Origin: Syntrophales bacterium | GTDB taxonomy: Bacteria; Desulfobacterota; Syntrophia; Syntrophales; UBA2185 | DNA length: 64,000 nt | Reading direction: 5' to 3' | Assembly (NCBI GenBank): GCA_049512055.1 | Contig: JBEKXK010000002.1 | Coordinates: 11,639-75,638 of the forward strand | In this document: positions 1-8,946 of the stretch, piece by piece | How the letters are laid out: every line of letters begins with the position of its first letter | Numbering within the stretch: the first letter of the stretch is position 1 | Translations under genes and position numbers: made by a program | The notes under the pieces: generated by a model | What the model was told of the DNA's origin: nothing | Databases searched by the model: none | The model's input: the letters and a program-made list of their open reading frames with translations, nothing else

Positions 1-1978
1 CAAAATGTTCCACGGCTTCATCCAATGCTCCCTTATATGTTAAAGCCACGCCAAGACTATTGTGGGTTTCTGCAATATCAGGTTTAATCTTGAGCGCCTT
101 GCGAAAATGTTCGATGGCTTTATCGAGGTTACGCTTCTGCGCCATAATCAAACCAAGCGAGACATGCGCCGCCACGAGCTTCGGGTCTAACCTAAGCGCC
201 TCTTCAAACTTGGGGATCGCCTCATCAGCCTTGCCCTGCTGATAAAGAGACAGGCCCATACGCAGCTGACCTTCGGCGCTATTCGGGTCCGCCGGTTGAA
301 TAGCCACTTTTTCGGGAACTGGCTTTCTCGCTCTTGCCTGCCCCATGAGCGCCTTTTCCAGGTTCGATCCTGCATCCTGAAATGCGGGCTTTATGCGGAT
401 CGCTTCGCGGAAGTGGACAATGGCCTCATCGGTTCTCCCCAATTGAGACAACGCTATTCCCATATTGTTGTGGACTGCCGCAGAATCAGGCTGTGCCTGC
501 AGGACCCCGGCATAGTGAGAGACCGCCTCTTCCGTTTTGCCCTGTCTCGCCAGGGCATTGGCCAGATTGTAACGGGCATCAACATCATCCGGCTTGATTC
601 TCAAAGCCTCCTGATAATGGGGAATGGCCTCCTCGAACTTGCCCTGCTCCGCAAGTGACGCGCCCATATTGGTGAGTATAATATGATTATTTTTTGTGAC
701 AGATAACGTATGGCTGAAGAGAGACATGCTGTTCTTCCAGTAAGTGACTTGATGCCATGTAATAATCATGAGTGCGCCGGTTACCATTACGGTTGCAGCA
801 GTTAGTATGTATTCCCTATATTTGACACCTTTCGCAAAATCGAATATCAACCATACTACCGCGATAAAAATGCCAATCAGCGGAATATAGGTGTAGCGGT
901 CAGCCATCGACTGAGCACCTACTTGAACAAGGCCAATTACTGGAATGAGTGTCCCAAGATACCAGAGCCAGCCCACAATAAAATAAGGATATCTTCGTGC
1001 GGTCCAGACGGCAAGACCGCATAATGAAACCAGAATCACAAAACTCCCAAACACCTGCCATGCCGGGATGAACTCAGGGTGCGGGTAAAGCACCGCAAGT
1101 GAAAACGGCCAGATTGCCTTCGCAATGTAGCAACAGTAAGCAACGAGTGCGTTTTCTATGCGGAGTAATAGCGAGAGATGCTTCATGGCTGTGATTTCAT
1201 GTCTTTGAGCCACAAGTGTGAACGAGATCGAGACGGCAGTCAGTACAAAAAGAGGGATCTTCTCGTACACAAGCTTGCCCAAAAGCTTGAAATCAAAATA
1301 TTCATGACCTATTCTTTTCTTATCCGCAGTCGAAGCAGTGTCAGCAACAAACCTTCTTAACGGCCAGTAGTCAAGAAGAAGAAAAACGCAGGGGAGTGTT
1401 ACTATCATGGGTTTTGACATCAGTCCGAGGGCGAAAAGTAGCAGTATGGGCAAGTATGTCTTTAAGCTGGGCTGGCCAGCGTATTTTGCATATGCCCACA
1501 GAGCAAGCATCATGAAGAACGTGCTTAGAACGTCTTTTCGTTCAGTCACCCATGCGACTGATTCGACATGGAGAGGGTGAATGGCAAACAATGATGCAAC
1601 TATGGCGCTTCTCCAAAGGGACCCCGTCATTCTGTGAAAGACTATGCATATAAGAAGGGTATTGATTATATGGAACAACAGATTGACGATATGATAACCA
1701 GAGGCATTCAGCCCGAAAAGCTGGGCATCCACCATGAGCGAGATCCATGTGAGGGGTTCCCAGTAGTCTACTTTCATCGACCTAAAACTGAAAGCCCACA
1801 TGATGTTATCAGATTTCAGACCGGTGTTGACATGAACGTTCTCTGTCACGTACCTATCATCGTCATATTTGATAAAGTCGTGATTATATATCTGCCAGTA
1901 TGGCGCCAGCGATATAAAGACCAGGACAAGATAAACAGCGATTCTGCGCGGCACGTTGATTCCGGTATTCTTTCTCAT
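1..1978 (-). CDS. TPR-repeat membrane protein with N-terminal PMT/ArnT-like (GT-C type) polytopic domain; 3' end runs off the window
   Basis: Absent from the ORF track because there is no stop inside the window. Manual minus-strand translation from ATG at 1978 gives MRKNTGINVPRRIAVYLVLVFISLAPYWQIYNHDFIKYDDDRYVTENVHVNTGL..., followed by many hydrophobic segments. The frame stays open to nt 1. The C-terminal part has TPR-like 34-residue units (GKFEEAIPHYQEALRIKPDDVDARYNLANALARQGKTEEAVSHY; GKADEAIPKFEEALRLDPKLVAAHVSLGLIM). The + ORFs 60..242, 296..658 and 382..597 are antisense shadows. Confidence 0.8.
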   Translation of the reverse strand, partial: MRKNTGINVPRRIAVYLVLVFISLAPYWQIYNHDFIKYDDDRYVTENVHVNTGLKSDNIMWAFSFRSMKVDYWEPLTWISLMVDAQLFGLNASGYHIVNLLFHIINTLLICIVFHRMTGSLWRSAIVASLFAIHPLHVESVAWVTERKDVLSTFFMMLALWAYAKYAGQPSLKTYLPILLLFALGLMSKPMIVTLPCVFLLLDYWPLRRFVADTASTADKKRIGHEYFDFKLLGKLVYEKIPLFVLTAVSISFTLVAQRHEITAMKHLSLLLRIENALVAYCCYIAKAIWPFSLAVLYPHPEFIPAWQVFGSFVILVSLCGLAVWTARRYPYFIVGWLWYLGTLIPVIGLVQVGAQSMADRYTYIPLIGIFIAVVWLIFDFAKGVKYREYILTAATVMVTGALMIITWHQVTYWKNSMSLFSHTLSVTKNNHIILTNMGASLAEQGKFEEAIPHYQEALRIKPDDVDARYNLANALARQGKTEEAVSHYAGVLQAQPDSAAVHNNMGIALSQLGRTDEAIVHFREAIRIKPAFQDAGSNLEKALMGQARARKPVPEKVAIQPADPNSAEGQLRMGLSLYQQGKADEAIPKFEEALRLDPKLVAAHVSLGLIMAQKRNLDKAIEHFRKALKIKPDIAETHNSLGVALTYKGALDEAVEHF

Positions 1979-2239
1979 GATTTTTATTTATGCACTGCTC
2001 ATTGAGATAGCCGTATATAAAGTATCAAAGTTGTTTTGTCAATTCGTGACAACGGCCCCTAAAAGAAAATTACTCATGCATGCACCCGTGCCAAGTCTTC
2101 AGTATGCATCGTGATGGAAAGTATGATTAGCGTGGGCGATTATGGTCTAAATAGATGTGATCGTCACAATACGTAAACTTTATTAGTATTACCGAGAATT
2201 CGCAGTTCGTGCGCCGAGGGCATCAAAAAATCATAAGCC

Positions 2240-3409
2240 TTACTTCGGCAGCAGCGTCTCCACGAGAGTCGCCCAGTAGCTTGCGCCTATGGGCAGGATA
2301 CGGTCGTTGAAATCATACAGGGCTTGGTGCAGTCTGCCAGTTGCCTTGGGATTTCCTCCGCCGATCCCCATGTATGCCCCCGGCTTCTCCTTGAGAAAAA
2401 AGGCAAAGTCCTCCGAGGTCATGACAGGTGTGATGTCGGCAAAGACCCGGCCCTCTCCCGTGACCAGGGTCGCGGCCCGGACGGCCTCTTCAGTCTCCTG
2501 ATCGGTATTGACGAGAGATGGATAGCGTCTCTCATAGACCATGTCAACGGCAACGCCGAAAGAGGCGGACACGCCGCCGCATATCTCGCGCATGCGCGTT
2601 TCCACCATGTCCTGCACCACAGGGAGAAAATGGCGCGTCGTCCCCCGGAGCCTGACTGTATCGGGGATTATGTTGTAGGAGGTGCCGCCATGAATTTCTG
2701 TAACACTGATGACCGCCGCCTGTACCGGATTGACATCGCGGCTTACGATGCTCTGGAGAAGGCTCACCAGATAGGCTGAAGCGAGGATAGGATCCTTCAC
2801 ATTCTGCGGGGTGGCGGCATGACCGCCCTTTCCTTTTATTTCTATATCGAAGACATCATAGGCCGCCATCATGGGTCCCTTGCATATGGCAAACGTCCCT
2901 TCCGGTAAAACGGGAAAGTTGTGCAGGCCGAAGACGGATCGGACGGGAAACCGCTCGAAGAGCCCTTCCCTGACCATCCTTCCCCCTCCCCCTTCGTTTT
3001 CTTCGGCGGGCTGGAAGATGAAGTGCACGGTGCCGCGAAAAGTATCGTTCCCGGCGAGATACTTCGCCGCCCCGAGAAGCATGCTCATGTGTCCGTCATG
3101 GCCGCAGGCGTGCATCTTCCCCTCGTTTCGGGAGGCGTAGGAAAGACCGGTTGCTTCCGCAATATCAAGAGCGTCTATATCGGAACGGAGTCCTATGGCC
3201 GGCGAACTTGCCGAGCCCCTCTGAATGGTTGCCACAATGCCCGTACCGGCAATGCCCCGATGAATATCGAGGCCGAAGGAAATCAATCTTTCGGCCACAT
3301 AATCGGACGTCTCCTTTTCTTGAAAGGCCGTTTCCGGGCAGGTATGGAGCTCACGACGCCACTTTGTCATTTCCTCCGCCATCGCCCCGATCTTGTCATG
3401 CACCGCCAT
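2240..3409 (-). CDS. M20D-family amidohydrolase (hippurate hydrolase / N-acyl-L-amino-acid amidohydrolase type)
   Basis: 389-aa ORF with metal-ligand contexts MHACGHDGH and FIFQPAEENEGG. Overall layout is typical of peptidase M20D. Confidence 0.9.
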   Translation of the reverse strand: MAVHDKIGAMAEEMTKWRRELHTCPETAFQEKETSDYVAERLISFGLDIHRGIAGTGIVATIQRGSASSPAIGLRSDIDALDIAEATGLSYASRNEGKMHACGHDGHMSMLLGAAKYLAGNDTFRGTVHFIFQPAEENEGGGGRMVREGLFERFPVRSVFGLHNFPVLPEGTFAICKGPMMAAYDVFDIEIKGKGGHAATPQNVKDPILASAYLVSLLQSIVSRDVNPVQAAVISVTEIHGGTSYNIIPDTVRLRGTTRHFLPVVQDMVETRMREICGGVSASFGVAVDMVYERRYPSLVNTDQETEEAVRAATLVTGEGRVFADITPVMTSEDFAFFLKEKPGAYMGIGGGNPKATGRLHQALYDFNDRILPIGASYWATLVETLLPK

Positions 3410-3435
3410 CGTTTGTCTCCTTTTCTTCCCTTAAC

Positions 3436-4407
3436 TCAATCGCTGCATCGCTCTTTGAGCGCGGCAATGTCATCCGGAGCGAGGCTGAGGGAATCCGATT
3501 GCATCAGCCTGTACATTATGGCCGTGGGATTATCGTTGTGCTTCAATCCCAATGCATGGCCGAATTCGTGGGCGAGCACCCGTACCAGTCTATTCTCATC
3601 GTCAAACTGGTAGATTGTAATTGTCTGTTTGCCGTCCTTGCTGACGTAATCTCCCCCACAATACTCGCTGCCCAGTCTACTGCTTGCATCATAGGACTTG
3701 ACTACGTCGAGGTTATGGTTGGCGGCAATATCATTTATGACAACGGTCATGCTGTTGAGGATGTCCGCAATCTTCTTGAGTTCCTCCTGGCGGGCTTGCA
3801 GATTTTGACGCATGCTGTTCAACTCGCCCGCCTCCGCCCTGAGCCGCCTGTAGAAGTCCTCCGTTACGACGCCTCGCTGACGCCCTCCTGCAACCTCGGC
3901 ATTGTAGACGCCGAGACGTCTGCTATAGGCGTCAGAGTCACTCGCCAGGGCTGAATTTTTAGTTTCGTATTCCGCCTTCAGGTTTTCAAAACGAACCTTC
4001 ATGTCATCATATGTCCCTTTAGTGGTCCCGATTGCGTAGTGGAGTTTCTTCAGTTTGTCCACAGCTTCCTGCCGGTAGTCATAGATGATATTGATCTCTA
4101 TCTTGCCGCCAGGCTCCTCCCGGAAAAGCGGGCGGGCGTATGGTTTTCCCCAGATAGATGCAGCCTTCCCGGCCGCACCTGCAAAATCCGGGCGGCTCAA
4201 TCCGAACCTCGCATCTACTGTGCCTATGCGGTAGGTCAGCGGCTCCTGGCACGGGCGGGGCATGCGATAGTATATTACGGCAAGGGCAATCAGGGTAATA
4301 AGAAGGAGATAGACCCTCAGATTGCTTCTCCCTGAGGAGTCCGGCATTCCAGGATAGTTGATTACAGGTTTCATAGAGTATGCATTTGGCGCCGGTGAAG
4401 GCGGCAA
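3436..4407 (-). CDS. membrane-anchored matrixin-like (M10 metzincin) zinc metalloprotease
   Basis: 323-aa ORF. N-terminal TM segment (LRVYLLLITLIALAVIYY), a coiled-coil-like middle, and a C-terminal HEFGHALGLKH zinc motif followed by a Met-turn (TAIMY). Confidence 0.8.
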   Translation of the reverse strand: MPPSPAPNAYSMKPVINYPGMPDSSGRSNLRVYLLLITLIALAVIYYRMPRPCQEPLTYRIGTVDARFGLSRPDFAGAAGKAASIWGKPYARPLFREEPGGKIEINIIYDYRQEAVDKLKKLHYAIGTTKGTYDDMKVRFENLKAEYETKNSALASDSDAYSRRLGVYNAEVAGGRQRGVVTEDFYRRLRAEAGELNSMRQNLQARQEELKKIADILNSMTVVINDIAANHNLDVVKSYDASSRLGSEYCGGDYVSKDGKQTITIYQFDDENRLVRVLAHEFGHALGLKHNDNPTAIMYRLMQSDSLSLAPDDIAALKERCSD

Positions 4408-4656
4408 TCCAATAATATTTCTTGGGTTCCCACCGGAGCCTGAGTCGACTGCGATTGATGTGCGTTACGTTGCTCACGGAGTATAATGGTAAAGATATTT
4501 AGTGTCAATTGCAAATGCCTTGCGCCAGGCAGCGGCTCTGCAGGCTTTTCCGGCTGTGCCCTGAATGATGACACGTTGACCGAATCATTAAGGAAATAAA
4601 AAAAATGCCGTCCCTAAAATGCTGCATTCGTCAAAAAAGCCCCGTGAGACTGATGC

Positions 4657-4685
4657 TTGACATAATCGACGGGGCATCATATAGT
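4657..4685 (+). promoter_or_regulatory. sigma-70-like promoter (TTGACA-17 nt-TATAGT)
   Basis: TTGACA at 4657..4662, an exact 17-nt spacer, and TATAGT at 4680..4685. It points toward the small ORF at 4819. Confidence 0.35.
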
Positions 4686-4818
4686 AAATTAACTTTTAGA
4701 GCTGGTTTCAGTACGAGTCCCCTACCCCAGAGCTTAAGAAGGGCGCGGGGTTTTTTTAAGGCTGAAAGTAATTTCCTCACAAGCGGCATAGACCACGCCG
4801 TACGAAGGCAGGTGGAAT

Positions 4819-4977
4819 ATGGCAAGGCAAAGTCAGAACAAGTTCATTAAGAGACAAAAGGAACTTGAGCGCATGCGAAAAGCAAAAGAAAAGATGCTGA
4901 GGCGCCAGAGCAAAAAAGACAAGATGATGGAGTCTGATGAGGCGCCGGCGTCAGGCGAGCCAACGGATCAGCCCTGA
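4819..4977 (+). CDS. small basic Lys/Arg-rich protein (52 aa), hypothetical
   Basis: Below the ORF-track size cutoff. Manual translation: MARQSQNKFIKRQKELERMRKAKEKMLRRQSKKDKMMESDEAPASGEPTDQP. GGTGGA lies just upstream of the ATG. No family recognised. Confidence 0.35.
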   Translation: MARQSQNKFIKRQKELERMRKAKEKMLRRQSKKDKMMESDEAPASGEPTDQP

Positions 4978-5247
4978 AAACCCCATGCGATTGAATGTCG
5001 ACAGTTTGGCAAGTACCCTTAAACAGTTTCCGATGCGGCAGATATTTGATTCCTGCACCGGTGATAGAGCCTGCTTCAAGTCTTCTCCGCGGTCTTCGGT
5101 ATCCATAGAGAAAAGTACCTATCTTCAATGATTCCCGTTTTATATAGCGAAAACAAGGCAGTATCTGTTAATTATAAGAGTAAAAATTTAAATATACAAA
5201 AGAAGAATAAACTAATATAATGCCCTAAATTAAATGAAGGAGATGTT

Positions 5248-5556
5248 ATGAATATTTATGTAGGGAACTTGGCTTACACCGTTACGGAAGAGGATTTACG
5301 TCAGGCTTTTGGAGAATTCGGGCAGGTAGCGTCCGCGTCCATCATCAAGGACCAGTCCAGCGGCCATTCCAAGGGATTCGGATTTGTTGAGATGCCGTCT
5401 ACCGAGGAAGCGCAAGCGGCCATCAGCGGTCTCAATGGCAGAGAAGTGAAGGGACGGAAGCTGAACGTGAATGAGGCGCGTCCCCGCACCGAGGATCGCC
5501 GTGGTGGCGCCGGCGGCGGCGGCGGAAGACGTCCCGGCGGCAGACCGCGCTATTAG
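5248..5556 (+). CDS. RRM-type RNA-binding protein with Gly/Arg-rich tail
   Basis: RNP-2 (IYVGNL) and RNP-1 (KGFGFVEM) motifs, with a GGAGGGGGRRPGGRPRY tail. AAGGAG lies 5 nt upstream of the ATG. Confidence 0.9.
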   Translation: MNIYVGNLAYTVTEEDLRQAFGEFGQVASASIIKDQSSGHSKGFGFVEMPSTEEAQAAISGLNGREVKGRKLNVNEARPRTEDRRGGAGGGGGRRPGGRPRY

Positions 5557-5845
5557 TAGAATTTCCATACCGCTATAAGAGCTTTGAAAATTTCCCATCT
5601 TGTCATTTCGACCCCTTCGGTTTACTCAGGGTAAACTCCGGGAGAAATCTTATTGACCGTTCATCAATCATTAAGATTGACACGTCGCTGCCCGTTCGCG
5701 TTCTCCGTTGCTGCGACTCGCCATGGCGATGACATCAGGCGCAGATTTTTAAAGTTCTCATATGCAAGAAAAAATATTGGGACTATGCAAATTGCAGAAC
5801 TGATTGGCGAAAGCGTCCCCTTTATCCCCTCAATTATCTTATGCC

Positions 5846-6286
5846 ATGAATAAGCGCCAAACTTTACTTATCTTTCTTCTGCCGGTCATTGTCTTCACAG
5901 GTTTGCTTTTTACTTCCTGCAAGGAAGAGGGAGAAGTCATTTCCAAGCCGGACGAATTCGCGCACGTCTATGAGGCCAGCGAAAATAAGCTGCTTCAGGC
6001 TATCGCACAGGTATTCAAAGACAAGGGATTCGGAACCGCCGCGATAAACCAAGAGAAGAACCAGGTCGAATCGGGTTACCTGATTCAGGATGACTGGAGA
6101 ACGAAGGGCACAGCCAACGTTAAAAAGCTCAACTGGAAAGAATGTGAGGTTGTCCTCTCCGTCGTTACCGAGAAGAAGATCTCAAACGGGTGGGAGATGC
6201 GCAGGCTCCTCGGGAAAAAACAGTACGACACCTTTTTTGACGCCATAGAGCTTCAGCTTTATCAAGAGATGTATAAGGTCAAATAG
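5846..6286 (+). CDS. hypothetical lipoprotein
   Basis: The ORF-track frame 5804..6286 contains an in-frame ATG at 5846. From there the protein starts MNKRQTLLIFLLPVIVFTGLLFTSC, a signal peptide plus lipobox LFTSC. Confidence 0.6.
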   Translation: MNKRQTLLIFLLPVIVFTGLLFTSCKEEGEVISKPDEFAHVYEASENKLLQAIAQVFKDKGFGTAAINQEKNQVESGYLIQDDWRTKGTANVKKLNWKECEVVLSVVTEKKISNGWEMRRLLGKKQYDTFFDAIELQLYQEMYKVK

Positions 6287-6308
6287 GAGGGCGGCAGGCA
6301 CTGATGGA

Positions 6309-7109
6309 TCACCGGCGCCAATACTTCCTGTTGTGCGTGTGAAATTGCTCGACGATACGCTCCATTTCCTGGGGAGTGATAATCCTGCGATCGACGAAGA
6401 AGCTGCCGATAAGGGGCTGCAGCATTCTCTGTCTCGCGAGCAGGATGGTTCGCTGATAGCTGCTGATGTACCCGCAGCGAAGAGCGCATTCGCAGAATTT
6501 CTCACCTCTCCGCCGCATTGAGACAATTGACCGGATATCGTTCTGATCCAGCCAGTCCCATCGTACCGCAATGTTCCCGACCATGGGCCGCTTGCTTCTT
6601 TGCCACACGATAGCCTCGATCAGGTTCTTCATCGAAATGATGCCGCTATAGTAGAGAAACCGACCAAGAAGAAGCTGTTTTCTCGGAAGCCCTCCCTGCC
6701 AGAGATGTTCACTCATGCCGTGATACGTGCTTCGATGAGCGCAGCTTCCCGCCCTTTTTTGATCATGCGTCTCGTGTGTTCTCTGTCTTTTTCTTGCTGA
6801 GTCATGTTCATGGGGTCGGTGGGCGGCATAACCGCTATGCGAATATCTCCAGGGATATTCGAGAAACGTGTTCAATTGATTGTAGGCAAGGGTCACTTCT
6901 CTGAAGCGTTCCGTCAGGCTTGATGGCGATTCGGCAAGCGCTGTAGCGCGATCAGGGTGGGTCTCGAAAGCCCTCTTCCGATAAGCCCTCTTCAGCCGGG
7001 AAACCTTGAGGCATTTGAGGAAATCTCCAGAAAGGTTTGCATCTGTTCCAAACAGGACAGTGCAGGCCCTGTGAAGGTCTGATGATGTGGACGCCTTTTT
7101 GTCCTGCAT
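6309..7109 (-). CDS. J-domain (DnaJ-like) protein
   Basis: 266-aa ORF with a J-domain helix II-III segment LKRAYRKRAFETHPDRA (HPD motif). GGGGAG SD upstream. The C-terminal domain is not recognised. Confidence 0.8.
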   Translation of the reverse strand: MQDKKASTSSDLHRACTVLFGTDANLSGDFLKCLKVSRLKRAYRKRAFETHPDRATALAESPSSLTERFREVTLAYNQLNTFLEYPWRYSHSGYAAHRPHEHDSARKRQRTHETHDQKRAGSCAHRSTYHGMSEHLWQGGLPRKQLLLGRFLYYSGIISMKNLIEAIVWQRSKRPMVGNIAVRWDWLDQNDIRSIVSMRRRGEKFCECALRCGYISSYQRTILLARQRMLQPLIGSFFVDRRIITPQEMERIVEQFHTHNRKYWRR

Positions 7110-7408
7110 TCTTTCTCCCCGTTTGCTTGCTGCCGATTATTTCTATGTGAGCAAGTGAAATACCGACGATTCCAACTAAGAATGTTCCGATCAATCTAGT
7201 TAATATTTATCACGAGCAACGCCAAATTCGCAAGTAGGAAAAGAGGAGCGGATACGTTGACCTGGATTCAGAAGTAGCCCCTGTTGTCGGATGATCTGTT
7301 GGCATCTTATATAATGTTGCATTGACAGATGGCCTTTTTTTCATTACAAGTGACAGTAAATTTTTAGGTATAATTAAAAAAATATTCAATGAAAAAAAGG
7401 GGGGTAAC

Positions 7409-8473
7409 ATGAAAGGAAGATGGATTGGATGTCTTGTAGTTCTCTCTTTTGTCCTTGGATTAGCCGCTACGGGCTTCTCGGCAAATTACAAACCCGAGTA
7501 TAAGATGAGCATCGTGGTTGGTCCCACGACTTCCTGGGGCATGGGCGGCGCCAAGTTCGCGGAGCTGGTGAAGGAGAAAACAAACGGCCGGATCAATATC
7601 AAGGTGTATTACAGCGGCCAGCTCTACGCAGGGAAACAGACCAACGAATTCCTCCTCCTGAAGCAGGGCGTGGCGGATTTCGCTCTCGGTTCGACGATCA
7701 ACTGGTCCCCGGCAGTCAGGGAACTAAACCTTTTTGCCCTGCCATTCTTCTTTAACGGCAGTTACAAGGCACTTGATGCAGTTGAAAACGGCGACGTCGG
7801 GAAAAGGATCTTTAAGATCCTCGAGGAAAAGGGTGTTCTTGCCCTGGGATGGGGAGAAAACGGTTTCCGCGAGATAACCAACAGTAAAAGGTCCATAAGG
7901 AAACCGGCGGATCTCAATGGACTCAAGATCCGGGTCGTCGGTTCACCCATCTTCATTGATATCTTCAAGTCCCTGGGCGCCAATCCCATATCCATGAACT
8001 GGGGTGAAGCCTTAAGCGCCTTCCAGGCGGGAACTGTGGACGGGCAAGAGAACCCTGTGACGGGCATCATCATTCCCTATAAACTCTGGCAGGTCAATAA
8101 ATACTGCACGTTCTGGAATTACGTCATCGATCCCTTGATCCTGGCTGCCAGCAAAGAAACCTGGAATACCTTTGATGCGAAGGATCAGGCGATTATCCGC
8201 AAGGCCGCTCTGGAGGCCGCCGGCTGGCAGAAAAAATCCGCCCGTGAAGGCCTTGAGGGAAGCAGCGACTCTTTAAATATTCTTAAGCAGAATGGAATGG
8301 ATGTTTACGTTCTGACGGCGGAGGACGTGAAAGACTTCAAGGGCAAGGTGAAGCCCGTTTATGACAGGTGGGTCCCCGAGATCGGCGCTGATCTTGTGAA
8401 AGCAGCCGAGAAAGCAGTCCAGAGCGCTGAAAAGAAAGCACCGGCTAAGAAAAGCTCCCAAAGAAATAAGTGA
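7409..8473 (+). CDS. dctP: TRAP transporter substrate-binding protein (DctP family)
   Basis: Same frame as ORF 7322..8473, started at MKGRWIGCLVVLSFVLGLAATGFSA (signal peptide) just after an A7G6 SD-like run. DctP-like body, followed by the DctQ and DctM genes. Confidence 0.9.
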   Translation: MKGRWIGCLVVLSFVLGLAATGFSANYKPEYKMSIVVGPTTSWGMGGAKFAELVKEKTNGRINIKVYYSGQLYAGKQTNEFLLLKQGVADFALGSTINWSPAVRELNLFALPFFFNGSYKALDAVENGDVGKRIFKILEEKGVLALGWGENGFREITNSKRSIRKPADLNGLKIRVVGSPIFIDIFKSLGANPISMNWGEALSAFQAGTVDGQENPVTGIIIPYKLWQVNKYCTFWNYVIDPLILAASKETWNTFDAKDQAIIRKAALEAAGWQKKSAREGLEGSSDSLNILKQNGMDVYVLTAEDVKDFKGKVKPVYDRWVPEIGADLVKAAEKAVQSAEKKAPAKKSSQRNK

Positions 8474-8946
8474 ACAGACTGAAGTATCTATACTCGCATT
8501 TTGAAGAAGTGGTGAGCACAGCCCTGCTGGCTGTTATGGCCGTGTTTGCCTTCCTTAATGTCCTCACCCGCTATTTCATCCATTACTCCTTTGCATTCAC
8601 GGAGGAGATCGAGGTGGCCCTCCTCGTGTGGATCACCATGCTCGGTGCGGCGGCAGGATTCCGGCGGTGTGTTCACCTGGGCTTTAATTTTCTGTCTTCA
8701 AAGGTTCCGCCTGCGGGCAGGACGGTCCTCTTGGTGATCAGTTCTCTTCTCACCATCTTTTGCTTCGGCGTCCTGCTCCGCTACAGCTTGGTCCAGATAC
8801 AGGATGAATTGATGCTCGCGGTCACGACGGAGGCCCTGGATATTCCCCAGTGGCTGTATACCCTGGCCCTTACAGTCGGATCGTTATTGGTCATCTTCCG
8901 GGTCGTGGAAATGACAGTTAATAAGCTGAGGAGGAAGGAGGACTGA
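8470..8946 (+). CDS. dctQ: TRAP transporter small permease (DctQ family)
   Basis: 158 aa with four hydrophobic helices. The GTG start overlaps the dctP stop (GTGA). It sits between the DctP and DctM genes. Confidence 0.85.
   Translation: MNRLKYLYSHFEEVVSTALLAVMAVFAFLNVLTRYFIHYSFAFTEEIEVALLVWITMLGAAAGFRRCVHLGFNFLSSKVPPAGRTVLLVISSLLTIFCFGVLLRYSLVQIQDELMLAVTTEALDIPQWLYTLALTVGSLLVIFRVVEMTVNKLRRKED

Noticed and set aside
2289-3954. Several + strand ORFs (2324..2779, 2921..3613, 3151..3954) over the amidohydrolase and metalloprotease genes
   Set aside because: Antisense to genes with clear M20 and HExxH motifs. The translations are low-complexity.
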